Shown: positions 12,266 through 24,217 of the stretch, in pieces
How positions within the stretch are numbered: the first letter of the stretch is position 1
Layout of the letters: each line of letters opens with the position of its first letter
Assembly (NCBI GenBank): GCA_023920165.1
Contig: CP089280.1
Location: 2,852,001-2,896,455, forward strand
From: Curvularia clavata
Taxonomy: Eukaryota
DNA length: 44,455 bases
Direction: 5' to 3'
Notes under the pieces: model-generated
What the model was told of the DNA's origin: nothing
The model's input: only the letters and a program-made list of their open reading frames with translations
Database searches by the model: none
Made by a program: the position numbers and the translations under genes

Positions 12266-12789
12266 TAAGCTTCAATTATGTTGTGTTTGAAAAAGGTTTA
12301 GGCAGTTTTAGTTATCGTCCGAGGGATGTGACATATAAGCGAGTGATAGGTCGTTGTTTGAAGGGTTTGGGGGAGACGGACTTTAGCCTCGGCTGACTCC
12401 GCGTGGACGCACATGTGATCTCTAGGCTACTTCGCTCATAAGCATCTTTGACGAAGCAATACTCACATGTTTGAGAGGATAATATACAGCAGTCAGACTA
12501 ATAAAAAGCCATCGATCCATCTTTGCCACAACATCCACCTTCAATTAATCAGAACCTGCGCCACGGTCCTGAGGAGCCTCAATCTTAATATAGCGAAGTA
12601 GTGCGTGGGGCCCTACGAATCGAGCATAGCATCCCGATAGAATTCCTGAACGGTCGACCCAAACTAATCTCTCCAATTCCCAGGTTTGACTGGCTAGTGG
12701 ATAGCAGTTTTGCATGTACATGATTGCACAGCCTGTAGGATAGCACGGGAATGCTAATAAGATGCAGACATAAGGCTAGTCTAATATCC

Positions 12790-13433
12790 CGTTAACCGCA
12801 ATAGAGTCAGTCTGACTCCACGCTAGTCTTGCTTAGTGTCGTGTTGCGTACGTACGCTATTAACTCTACTACTAGCGCAAGAGAGCACCTGTGACCCGAA
12901 AACGCCGCGCAACGCGTCAAATGAAAGCGTGGGCGACGCGTGTTAGAAATCGTATGCAAATCCAACAATGGTCTGCTACACCTTCTCTCAACTGGTAGGT
13001 GCAGTAGCTCAGTAAACAAGCCTAGTAAATAGTCTTCACAATGGGCTTAGGGTGAAAACAACTCGTCGCATTGAGGCTACGACTGAAGAAGTGATCGCCT
13101 GAAACAGAACTTTCAAGCAGCGCTACGTACAGGAAGAGGTGACATAGATATCTGGCTAGGTAGCTGATTAGGTCGATAGGGCAGAGGGTGGTTACCGGAA
13201 GGACGGCGTAACGCCTGCGAAGAAAGTGCGCAGTGAATGGTGCTACAGGCGTCACAACCAAGCTGGACATTACTCTCACATCTGCTAAGTATAATTAGAG
13301 AATAAAAAGATAGTAATTTATCGGAAAAATGATATTTTATTCTAATTGATTAGAAGACTATGGTGGTGAAGCGCAATTTTGCTGCGAAGATAGGGCGGCG
13401 CGGGGAAGTGGCCGAAGCACTCGTTAACCACGT
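12790..13433 (+). mobile_element. Degenerate 3' fragment of another pogo/Fot1-type transposon
   Basis: Relic PKTPRNA and GHYSHIC zinc-knuckle remnant. Ends ...GTTAACCACGT followed by TA at 13434-35. The left boundary is approximate. Confidence 0.55.
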
Positions 13434-13532
13434 TATTCAGTATTACTCTTCTATTAGGAAATTGTCTCCGTCAATTCCAGTTTCTGTTTGTTGTTCTTAT
13501 ATTACTTACTAGAGTGAGATACACAATCAATA

Positions 13533-15167
13533 TTAAGAATCTGCGCCGCCTTTTATCATGACTAGATTGCTCTTACTAGCAGCATTATGTTTGCAAACAT
13601 CCTTGCCTCTGAAGGCCAATTCGAAGAACGAATAGAGTTCTATGAAGCTGTACGCAAAAATAGTTGGCAACATCAACATCCAATGTAGCAAGCCCCTTAT
13701 TATCCCACGAGGACCCTTGTTATAGTGATTGTTACTATCGCCGGGCACATATAGGTTCCAACGAACGAGAATAGTGGCAATTAGTAGAAACAAGTACTGT
13801 GTTCCTAAGAAAATCAAGCAGATTTTCGAAAAGTGAGAGTCGCTGACGACCAGTCGATCATGTTGGACAGCAACTGTGTTGACGAGCTGAACAATGATGG
13901 GGGAAACCACAGAGAAAATGGCACTGGCGCAGAGAATGAGGCCATAGTAGATGAAGAAGCGAGTAGCCCAGCTAATGGACAGATAAAGCCCAGGAATTCG
14001 GTACGTCTTGACAATGAAGTAGTGGAAGACTTCACCAGCGCCAATGGTCCATCGGCGAATTTGAAGGGCCCATTCGCGGATTTCATCTGCGTAGTTGGCG
14101 CCTGAAGTCGGACCGTTGATGGAAATGAGGTTCAATGGCCGGATGCGAATCTCTCGTTGTGTCATGATGGTGTAGCGGATTAAGGCAATAATGTCTTCCA
14201 TTTGATAAGATGGGTGAGTAAAGGCTCCCTCTTCTAGTAACTTAACGCTGAGAGAGTAATGGGACATGGGATTGATGTTCCAAGGAATCAAAACACCCAT
14301 GAAGAAAAAGGTCCGCAAAACACCAGTAATGTCGACGAAAAAGGGCATGGAGTCGCGTTTATAAATGATGATAGATTGCCAAATGGAGGAGTGGCGGTCG
14401 GCGGGATCCAGCTTGTAGTACTGGGTTTCTAACTCCAGCATGTATTCAGGATCGAAAACGGAGTCGCAGTCGCAGTTGGTAAAGATGTGTTCGTATTTCT
14501 CATAGTTGTATTCGACATCTTGACGGAGAATATGCAAACCTTGGCGACAGGCGTAGTTCATGTTGGAGCACTTGCCGCTAATCTCGCCAGGAATACCTGA
14601 GGGGTGGAAGGTGACGATGAGACGGAGGAATTTACCCTCGTACTTTGTGCAGATTTCGTTGTATTTGGCTTCCTTATCAGGTGTGCGACATTCCATGCCG
14701 ATAATGACAGAGAGCTGGGATTTGGCATCTTTTTGCAGCACAAGAGAGTCCAAGGTAGTTTGAAGTACGCTCATGGGCTCCTTATACAAGGTCATAGCGA
14801 CTATGTGACGAATTTTTGAGGTATTGTTGGTCATATTATCAGCTGATTCGACATCGTGAGCTTTTCTGTTCTTGAGCTTGTTTCGATTGTTGATAGCTAG
14901 TGTTCGTCGAATGGCGCAGATAGTGGCTATCAGCCACATGATTTGGAAAAGACCGATTATGATTACGATGACGAGATTGGTTGCTTGGTTGACGTAGGGA
15001 ACAAATGGCATCCATAAGGGGAAAAGAAGAAAGATGAAGATCGTTAAGAGAAACAATAAATTCCAACGGATATAGCGGTTGGCTGCCTCTAGTTTTGCAG
15101 CGTTGATGCCATTATCTAGGTCCTCGTGAGAGGAAGACGAGGAGGAGGATGGTAACGACGAAGGCAT
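13533..15167 (-). CDS. Intronless membrane-bound processive glycosyltransferase family 2 (D,D,D,QxxRW type), about 544 aa
   Basis: Single ORF from the ATG at 15167. Two N-terminal TM helices, then HPSGIPGEISGKCSN, TNCDCDS (DxD), QMEDI, QIRRW, and 3-4 C-terminal TM helices. Confidence 0.85.
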   Translation of the reverse strand: MPSSLPSSSSSSSHEDLDNGINAAKLEAANRYIRWNLLFLLTIFIFLLFPLWMPFVPYVNQATNLVIVIIIGLFQIMWLIATICAIRRTLAINNRNKLKNRKAHDVESADNMTNNTSKIRHIVAMTLYKEPMSVLQTTLDSLVLQKDAKSQLSVIIGMECRTPDKEAKYNEICTKYEGKFLRLIVTFHPSGIPGEISGKCSNMNYACRQGLHILRQDVEYNYEKYEHIFTNCDCDSVFDPEYMLELETQYYKLDPADRHSSIWQSIIIYKRDSMPFFVDITGVLRTFFFMGVLIPWNINPMSHYSLSVKLLEEGAFTHPSYQMEDIIALIRYTIMTQREIRIRPLNLISINGPTSGANYADEIREWALQIRRWTIGAGEVFHYFIVKTYRIPGLYLSISWATRFFIYYGLILCASAIFSVVSPIIVQLVNTVAVQHDRLVVSDSHFSKICLIFLGTQYLFLLIATILVRWNLYVPGDSNNHYNKGPRGIIRGLLHWMLMLPTIFAYSFIELYSFFELAFRGKDVCKHNAASKSNLVMIKGGADS

Positions 15168-17274
15168 ATTTAGGCAACTTTGCTCGTGAATCAACGAAGT
15201 AAATTTTCACAATAGCAGAACGAACACGGACAGCTCTTCTCTTTTGTATATGCTAAGTGTGCAATTACTCGTTGTTCCATAATTTAGGGACCATTTATTT
15301 CGGTACACTTCTGAGGCGTCATTGGCATAGCTGATTAAGCCTGGGAGTGGCGCCACGTGCATTGATCTTGGAATGACCTCTGTGGGTCCGCTGTTGACGA
15401 GACCAACATGTGTCAATCTGCTGTCAAAGTCAAGACTGCTCAGTATGCACATCAACTCTTGATTATGAATTTGGACTTGTTACGAAAGCAATTGTAACAT
15501 AGATAACATATTCGCAGCAACAAAAGGTTTCCATAGGAATAGTATCGTGTGATGCGGCGTTGATGTGGCTGGCGTCGGCTAGGGGTCTAGAACCCGGAAC
15601 GGAAAAGCCACAGCCACAGTATTGTCATGAACCGCCTACGGAGGCGCACGAGAAGTGGGCAATTGTTGTATTGTTAACTTAACGCTACGCCTTATAGAGA
15701 TCAAAGCAGTGGTCGAAGACAATACCCCTTTGCAATCCCGTTCCGACAAAAGCCACCATGGCTAGCCTCATCCTGAGCCCGTGCGGCGACAGCATCGCGC
15801 GTGTGCATAAGTCCTCACGGTACGCTAGCTTGCTTCTTCTAAGAACAAATGTGGTTCTTGAGGAAATCATATTTTCCATCGCTACCGTGCAGGTAAAATC
15901 ACTGCTGGGTAGTTATTAGCCTGAAGTAGATTAACTAGTGGGCAAGGTCAGGTTGTCCGTCTTACTTACTGGTCCGTAAATGACATCGGTTTGGTCAGCG
16001 TTTTTGATAATCGTAGCAGATTAGTTAGCTTCTATTTGAATAAGATCAGATAGACATTAGATTCGGAAACATAGCCACCACATTTCAATTCCCTTACTTA
16101 TTCGTTGATTTTCGCTGTCAACTTTAATTTTTCCTCCCTATCTATACTTTCTTCTACCGTTAACCAAAGCCAAGATTAGATTTAATCCCTTGCTCTAACC
16201 GCACTATACTATAGTGCCTTGACGTATTGTTCATATGTCACAAGCTCAGAGCTCTAAAGAGAGGGCAACTATCATTACTGGAAAACTTGGGCCAGATAAT
16301 AGTGTCTTTGTTTTCTGTAAGATAGGAATCGAAATTCTAGATAAAAATACAATTATAAATTCGGCCAAAAACCTCTATAGAGTAATACACTGGGTATAGA
16401 TTTGATTGGAAGCCCACCTCCGATTCTACTCCAGTTCTGAACCCCACTACGAGACTATCGTCCTAGGATTTCCTAATTCCTACTTCGACCCCTCAATCTA
16501 GGGGGAAAACTTAGCAAAACCCTTTGAAGATCAACTCTGAAGATTAATATTGGTAGTAATTATTAGTTATACAGATCCTATCTAGGCCGATGTCGTACTC
16601 TGGGCTGATATGATGTACCCGCAAGGAGTTTATTGCGATTGAACTGTACTATGTAATTATTAAATTTTTACTTCGATAGTTTAGAGCGATATCATGATAT
16701 GAAATTTGTTCGGCCTGGCGTGCTTAGTGAATGACTTCCCCGCAGTCTCAAGCTATAGTCTGGCCACCATGATATCCCAAAGGTACTTAGGCAGGTACCT
16801 AGGTATTTGTGAAATTCATATCGATACGCCTTAGAAACTAGCGCATGCTGCACGCGAAAAGGTCTCGGGGGATTTTGCCGGCATTAGCCAGCAGCTTAAC
16901 TTGAGGCTGTGAGATGAAACCTATCAGGGACAAACCTATAGCAGGATCGCTGAACCGACATGCGTAACCCCAGTGAAATCGAAGCATCTTTTACCCCAGT
17001 AAGTGCCATATCGTGGCATTCACATGCTGCTCATACTAATAGGCCGATCTGGACAGCAGATGGGATTAGCTAGCGATGCAGCTGTCGCCATACAGTATCA
17101 TGTTGACGAATCCGATGGCCGTATGATACAGGTCAGGACATGCACAACTCTGTATACGCAGGAGTTCAAGATATATATTTAGGGCGCGCGTGTATTAGAG
17201 GCAAGAAACTAAAATACAAGCCCGTTCTCAAATTGATTTATACCGACATCATAGTTGTGCAAGATGACTCTATC

Positions 17275-19311
17275 ATGCCTCCTCTATCACAAGCTGTTGG
17301 CTATGTGGTCGTTGTTGGCATTGGGTTGGCCATTGCTCTTGGTATGATATTTGTGACGCGCCTGTTGAAGAAGACTGTCGGCGAAGACAATAAGAAGACG
17401 GAAATGTACGCCACACCTTACTCTTCACGTTTGTGTCGGTAATTGACGAAAAGGTTCATGGCTGCGAACCGTAACGTCAGGACAGGCCTTGCCACATCCG
17501 CTGTCATCTCGTCATGGCTGTGGAGCACAGCTATGCTTGGCTCCTCTCTTGTCGGCTATACCTATGGCGTTGCTGGTCCTTTCTGGTTTGCGGCAGGATG
17601 TTCGCCAATGATCGTATTCTTTGCACTATTGCGCATCTCTTACAAGAGAAAGATTCCCAAGGCTCACAACTTGCTCGAAATCATCCGTATCCGTTACAGT
17701 ACCGCGGCTCACTTTGTCTGGATGTTCTTGTGTCTCGTGAACAATATCATCGCCTGTGGAAACATGTTATTAGGCGCATCGGCTGCTATCGCGGCACTGA
17801 CTGGCATGCAAATCATCGCCGTAACATTTCTACTTCCTCTTCGAGTCGCGCTTTGTACCTTCATGGGTGGAATCAAAGCCACTTTCCTCACGGATTATGT
17901 CCATACCTTTACGATCTTGATCATCCTATGCTAGTTCTCGGTTAAGGTCTGGACGTTGCCTGAGGTGGGATCTGTTGGCAATCTTTACGAGCTCGTCAAG
18001 ACTGCGACGGACAGACACCCCATTGCTGGCAACCACGACGGGACCTATATGACAATGGCATCGAAGGGAGGTATCTACTTTGAATCCTCCATCTACTTGC
18101 CAACTTCGGCCCTGTCATTATGGAAACATCCTTCTTCATCAAAGCATTCGCCACAGCGCCAAGGTCTGTGGTCCCAGTCTATGTTGTCGGTGGTATCGCA
18201 TACTTCGCGATCCTTTGGGCAGTTGTAACGTTGGCAAGTTCTGTAGTGCTTGGCCTAGAGGACAATCCTATTTTCCCGAATTATCCGCGAAGATTGTCCT
18301 AGACAGAAATCAGCAGCGGACTTGTGTTGCCATATTTTGCCGTTACGATTGCAGGCAAAGGAAGCGCCACTGGCATGCTGCTGATCACCTTCATGGCAGC
18401 GACTTTGACGCTATCCGCCCGAGTTATTGCCGTATCCTCAATTCTTTCATTTGATGTCTACCAGACTTACATCAATCGCAATGCAACCAACAGAGACGTG
18501 ATCTGATGGTCGCACTTCGGCGTAGTCTTCTTCGTAGTTTTCGCTGCCGCGTTCTCCACTGCGCTGCATTACGGAGGTGTCGATCTTGGATAGACACTCT
18601 ACATGCTAGGCGTGTTAACATGTCCGGGTATCTTTCCCACAGTATTTGCTATACTTTGGCGCCGCCAAAGCAAACTGGCTACAATTGTATCACCTTTGCT
18701 TGGACCAATCACTGGTATTGCCGTGTAGCTGGGCAGTGCGCGATGCCTGTACGGCACTGTCACTATCGCTACAACAGGTCAGACCCTCCCGTGCGTCTAC
18801 GGCATGACAGCCTCGGCCTTCTCGCCCTCTATGTACAGTTTTTTGCTGTCATTCTACAAGCCTCAGAACTATGATTGGGGGGATTTCCAGAAGGAAAAGC
18901 TTGCCTTTGACGTTGTGACAACTTCTAGCGATGGACGCAGTGTCAGCATTGTCACAGCTGAGCAAATCGAGGCCGAAGTCCATTCAGTTCCAACAGCAAA
19001 AGGAACTCAAGCGATGGGGCCTCATCGCTACGTTCTGGTCACTGACTACATTCCTCGGACATTGGGCTCTGTGGCCGTTGCCAATGTATGCGACGCATTA
19101 TGTTTTCAGCAAAGATTTCTATGCTGCATGGCTTATTATCGCCATCATTTGGCTATGGGGTACCTTGTTCGTTGCTGGATTTGCGCCACTTCGGTCGGGT
19201 AGGGACCAGATCCTATCCGTTTTCAGATCTTTGACAGGCCGCAGGAGCAAAGTGGTTTCTGAAGATTCAAGCGCTGTTGTAAACTCCTTTTCTTCGCCGG
19301 AGAGATTGTAG
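17275..19311 (+). pseudogene. DUR3-like urea/polyamine sodium:solute symporter pseudogene
   Basis: MPPLSQAVGY..., FMAANRNVRTGL..SAVISSWLWST, GGIKATFLTDYVHT. Intron about 17406-17453. In-frame stops at 17932, 18300, 18504, 18591 and 18726, and frameshifts near 18085 and 18990. Confidence 0.88.
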
Positions 19312-19624
19312 AAGTCGGCATTTTCTAGAGCCCAACTAGATTTACTAGAACTCACTTTTGTTTCTCCTTTCTCCTTTTTCCTGTCTTGGTTCTCAACTCG
19401 TTGTTCATTTACGCCTCATCCACTCTCTCCTTATCTCCGCTGTTTCCGCTATACGGCATAGACCATATATTCAGAGTGTATTTTGATGACCTCAACGACC
19501 AAATAACTTTCCTTATCCCCACGGAGACCTATTAGGCGCATGAGACGCGTTGGGGAGAAATACTACTTTCAACTCCCAACGCCAGTTTGGGTGGCCTTGC
19601 CTACGAAATTGGATTATTAATATA

Positions 19625-21183
19625 TTACAAAGCTTTTGCTCCGAGCGCCTCGCCTTTGGCAAAGGTCTGTTTATCTTCCAATGTTGGCACCCGTTCGATT
19701 GAGACCTCGTCTGCCACACTGTCCGCAGCCTCAACTGGCACATGGTCCCTCACCACCAGCCAAGTTGGGTACACTGCAAGGCCGAGAAGAATAGTGTTTA
19801 CGGCAAGTGGAACTCTCCCGCCTTTCCACTTCTTTGTATTCAAGCCGAAAGCAACAGCCTGTCCGAAACTCTCCTGACCTCTCAAGATTCCTGAGAAACG
19901 ACTCAATTCGGAGATGTTGTCCGTCTTCGTGGCCAGAAGGTAGTAGAGCCAATTTTGCAGAGCCTGCCGGGCGAACTCCCAGAGTATAATGACAAAGAAG
20001 CCTTCAGTAAATCCAGAATCCTCCCAATCTAACACCGGTGGGTGTCTAGTGTACTTCTCCTGGATGACCCAACCGTAGGTCCAGGCAATTACGTGCAGCA
20101 CGATAACGTAGTAGAAGCCGAATGTGATGCGTTGCTTGACTTGAAGTCTCTTGTAGTCCAGGAACATGCTGATCAATTGAGACGATAATAGAGTTCCAAA
20201 ATTGCCAACGAAGCCCATAAGGGCTCTGGCACGAACTCCAAAATAGTACGTCTAGATGCGATCAGCGGGGTCTACTTAATGGGTGATTTAACAACAAGCA
20301 CATACCTTGTAGTTTCCATTGTACTGATTGAAGTACGCGGCATAAAATATTGGCAGTAGAAGGAGAACATCCTTACGAGTGCAAGTGCGCCAAAGTGCCT
20401 TGATTTCGGCCTTGAACGAGTTTTCAGCCTTGATGATGACCTTGGAGCCATCACTACGTTGCACCTTTTCAGGCGGACTGAGTGCAAGAGCGAGTGGGCA
20501 GGCAACGCACTGTAGAGCAATGAAGACTAGGTAAGCCTGATAGCCAACTTTGCCCTTTTTCTTCGCGGATGCGTCGTTGTTGAGGGCGAGCACGATGGCG
20601 CCGCCGACCAGAGGTCCTCCAGTGCGGAACCATAGCCAGATGTTCATATATTTGCCTCGTTTTCCAGGTTCAGGATAGCCGAGCGCAACAGTTCCTTCAG
20701 ACACCCAGAACAAACCAGCGCTGATACCGCATGCGACTGCACCAACAAGGACAAACCAAACGTTGCCAAAGCGATTGTTTGTATATAGACCCGCTACATC
20801 GTATTAAGATTCGGAAGCGCATTCAAATCATCAAACGCACCTGAGTAAATTGGATAACCCACAGCACCCAAGAAGAGGGTCCATGCCAGCCCGATCCTAT
20901 TCGCAATTGGTCCACCGAATAGGCACAGGAAACCCATGATGCCAAAGATGAGGGCATTGGCAGCATTAACGAGGTATGGATCCAGCGCGCCGGCCGCTCC
21001 AAGATCATTCATAGCGTTCCACAAACCAGGCGCCATGAAGCCTACACCACCGATGACGAAAGCATTGAAGAGAGTAGAGCGATACCATTTGCGCTTGAAT
21101 TCGCTAGTCGAGGGTGCCTGCGATGTTGGAAGTGACACATCCTCATGAGAAGGGCGCTTCACGGCGGCTTCGGTCGCAGCCAT
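19625..21183 (-). CDS. UNC93-like (DUF895) MFS transporter, about 485 aa, 3 exons
   Basis: Exons 21183-20841, 20793-20306 and 20251-19625 join in frame (1458 nt). Motifs WYRSTLFNAFVIGGVGFMAPGLWNAM, GYPEPGKRGKY and LSPPEKVQRSDG. Multiple TM segments. Confidence 0.88.
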
Positions 21184-22248
21184 TTCAAATCTTGATTGCA
21201 GGAAAGCGTGCTGTGCTTCATGTCATTGTCGCCAATGGTCACATTTATAATTGTTTTGAAGGATTGTATGGCCCACCATCGTGAATTTGAAGGGGCGATT
21301 GCGACATGGCAGAGGGCCCACAATATGCTGATGCGCAGCCAATAGCAGCTTCACCTATGACTGGAGGTCGTCGAAAAAGGCAGGTCGTCATGACTAGCGA
21401 AGTCCCATTAGAATCATTCGATGCACAATTTTTGAAGACAACCTGGCTGGACATCTTGATCCCCAACAATGGTGTGCCTACTTGTATACTCGTTTACAGC
21501 TCGCTTAGTCAACCAGCTGAGCATTCTTAGCTTGCTACAACTTGCAGGCAACCTTTTAAAGCACCCGTTGAATCCAGCTACTTCATCTAAATACTGCAGA
21601 TAATCGGCTTCGATACGATTGGTTTCCAGCACGCGACATCGATATTTGAGCATGCTTCCGAGCGACTGTACGAAGTCAGCACAATAACCAAAATCTTGTA
21701 CTCGACTTTGTAGTGGGAATCCTATGACTTAATGTTTTCTTCTTCGTCTAGGTCGAAGCAGTGGAGATAGTTACTGCTGAGGCCGTGGAGTCATAGACTG
21801 CAGCAGTACTTTCTACACTTGCGTTGCCGGTATTATACATATTCAGAAAAACATATGAGAGTACTACCTCCCTCTATTGGTGTTATTGTACGGACGAACA
21901 CTGTTACAGGCAAACAAGCACTGTCCCGGTCGCGTGTCGCCAATGTTTATCTAGTCAACGCGCTCTGAGTGTGCAATGGATTGCAATCAGTATCCTGCGA
22001 CCAATTACCATGTCATGGCTCTCCTGTGTTTCCAAAGTTTTCCATCGTTGCCGCAATTTGACCACGTCCGTTTCTATGCATGAACACCTCTAGCCCGCTA
22101 GCAGCCGTATAAAACCCTGAGATTCCGAATGCTTAGTAGCGCAAAACTTTACACATTTCATGCAGTCGTACTGAAGTAACATTTTGAAAGATGATAGTAG
22201 TAGACTATTCCTAGTTTAACTCCCTAGGTCAGGAAGATCCCTTGTAGG

Positions 22249-22390
22249 TGTATCGGCGTAGGCAAGACTACTCGGATCAGTATCGGCAGGTAGCGTCACT
22301 CAGAGGCATATGGGAGTGCGTGGGACAATAGAAGAGCCTTAATTCAAATAGACACATATAGGCCTAACTAATATGAGGCCGCGAATCAAC
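22249..22390. repeat. Degenerate partial LTR related to the LTR of the young gypsy element at 36038/42965
   Basis: TGTATCGGCGTAGGCAAGACTA..GCGTCACTCAGAGGCATATGGGAGTGCGTGGGACAATAGAA aligns to TGTAACGGCGCGAGCAAGACTA..GTGTCACTCAAATGCATATGGAAGTGCGTGGGACAGCAGAA. Confidence 0.7.
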
Positions 22391-22402
22391 CCTTGATTCG
22401 TG

Positions 22403-22554
22403 GCGAAATAGACTCAGCGTTAGGGTTTTATACCGAATTCAGCTATTTTCTACCCCTAACCAATATAAGGCCATGGGATGGGGTGCGAACTACGCCGAAG
22501 TAGGCTTAGCGTTAGGGTTTTGTGCTGAATTTGGCTAATTTCTACCCCCTAAAC
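22403..22554. repeat. Two ~58-bp imperfect direct repeats (period about 91 bp), each bracketed by GTTAGGG...CCCTAA
   Basis: AGCGTTAGGGTTTTATACCGAATTCAGCTATTTTCTACCCCTAAC versus AGCGTTAGGGTTTTGTGCTGAATTTGGCTAATTTCTACCCCCTAAAC. Confidence 0.7.
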
Positions 22555-22619
22555 TGTAGATTTTGACCCCTCTGAACCGCGCCTAAATGTTAAGAGTAAG
22601 ACTCTTAAGTAAAAGTAAT

Positions 22620-22866
22620 TGTTACAAGTAATAAGGAAGGATCTCTCCTTGACGAGGCCGCATAGTAAGAGACTATTAGACGACACGTTAGAAGGTAATG
22701 ATCTCCGTGGGGTAGCGATTACCTAATTAGTATCTTGCTAAGATAGGGTAGTTATCTTTAGATACTAGGTCTTTACTAGATACCAGAGGCTTAGCTAGAG
22801 GATAGGACTAGAAGTGATAGATATAAGAATATATGTATTAAATCTTATTATTATACTTAGTTATAG
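22620..22866 (+). repeat. Partial RIPped LTR of the same family as LTR 6568-7053 (inverted orientation)
   Basis: TGTTACAAGTAATAAGGAAGGATCTCTCC..GGCCGCATAGTAAGAGAC matches the reverse complement of about 7053-6995. GATATAAGAATATA..TTATTATTATACTT also matches. Confidence 0.75.
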
Positions 22867-23824
22867 AGAATATGTGTATTTTTTAGATTTTGAAAACAAA
22901 AATTTAATAGAGAAATACGTGGTTGAAATATTCAGGTTCAACTTGGGTGGGGGCGGGATTTTAGCTAGCACGGCGAAACTTTTATTTTAGTACTATATTA
23001 GAGCAGTATGAGATATATCATTCGACTACTATAGTCCAATAATAAGATCTAGTAGTATTCCCTAGAGGTATTGAGGTACTAATATCACATACTCTATAAA
23101 TAGGAGCGAGAAAATATTTTCTACAATATACGAAAGGCTTTTACATAACATGTGTACCTGAGATGATGATAGTAACCTAGCCTCCCGTTACAACGTCCTG
23201 TTGTATTGCCCATGCTCAATATAGGGAAAAAGACTAATGTAGTGTAAGTTATGCTCCCATGATCCTGAACCAACCAATTAAGTCAGATTTAGGTGCGATA
23301 ACCTTCCTACGGCAAAGATTCCGTAGATGATCGTGCACCCTTCGCCCGCGACCATGAGCCGAACGCCGACAGTACGGACCTGGAACGACGCGGCCTCTAA
23401 CGTCGATCAAGAAAAAGCGAAAGAGTCTAGAACCTTATGATACCACTACCAACAAGGATGAAATGCACCTACTTAGTCAGTATTTGCTAGAAATCTCGAC
23501 CGTATATCGCCTAACTTATATTCGAGCTGGTTCGCCAAACATGGCAGATATGCTGCAGTGGGAGATTTCCGCGGGGCTAAGGCCCACAAAAATAAAGTGT
23601 TGGTTCAATTCTGCTGCAAACCATTGTGGCAAGTAAACTAGCCGATTTATTCCTGGGGATCTTTTCTAAACATCTGATTATCATTACCTCTTAAACACTA
23701 TTACACCTTTTGAATCGGGCCAGACACCAATGCAAAGGCTACAATGCGTGCTTCCCCTTCCTAGCTGACACGGAAGAAACGAGGCAGGTAAGAGTAGGGC
23801 AACAGGTGGGACCTTAATGCGACC

Positions 23825-24217
23825 AGGACTTCTCATATACGACGACCAGAAGATTTATGATGCCATTTCCTGCATCCCAAATTGCTGTCCCCGTGCTTCT
23901 GTCCGCATAGAACAAACCTCCAGCAAGTAACCTCAGTAGCCCCATGGATAATAGATAGTGTTGACGCGCTCTTTTATTCTATAACGCGATAACAATGAAT
24001 GATATACCCAGCGACGTAGCGATTGTTCTAATCCTATCAGCCAAGTACCCAGAAATCGTAGTGTAGATATAATTCGTACCCCGTGACGTGGAGAACCACG
24101 GACGAGATTTCAGACCAAGGGGCTCCAGCCTTCAAAGGTGCGAATATTATGAGAGCGCCGAAGAGGTTGAGAGGGATAGACTGTAGGAGGAGAAGGATTG
24201 AAGATACGGCTGGCATG
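23825..24217 (-). pseudogene. Disrupted small membrane-protein gene
   Basis: Hydrophobic fragments LQSIPLNLFGALIIFAP, ATSLGISFIVIAL* and GLLRLLAGGLFY..GIINLLVVVYEK, with a frameshift and a stop. Confidence 0.3.

Noticed and set aside
21245..22093. Short ORFs upstream of the MFS gene, possibly a decayed gene
   Set aside because: No recognisable motif or consistent spliced frame.
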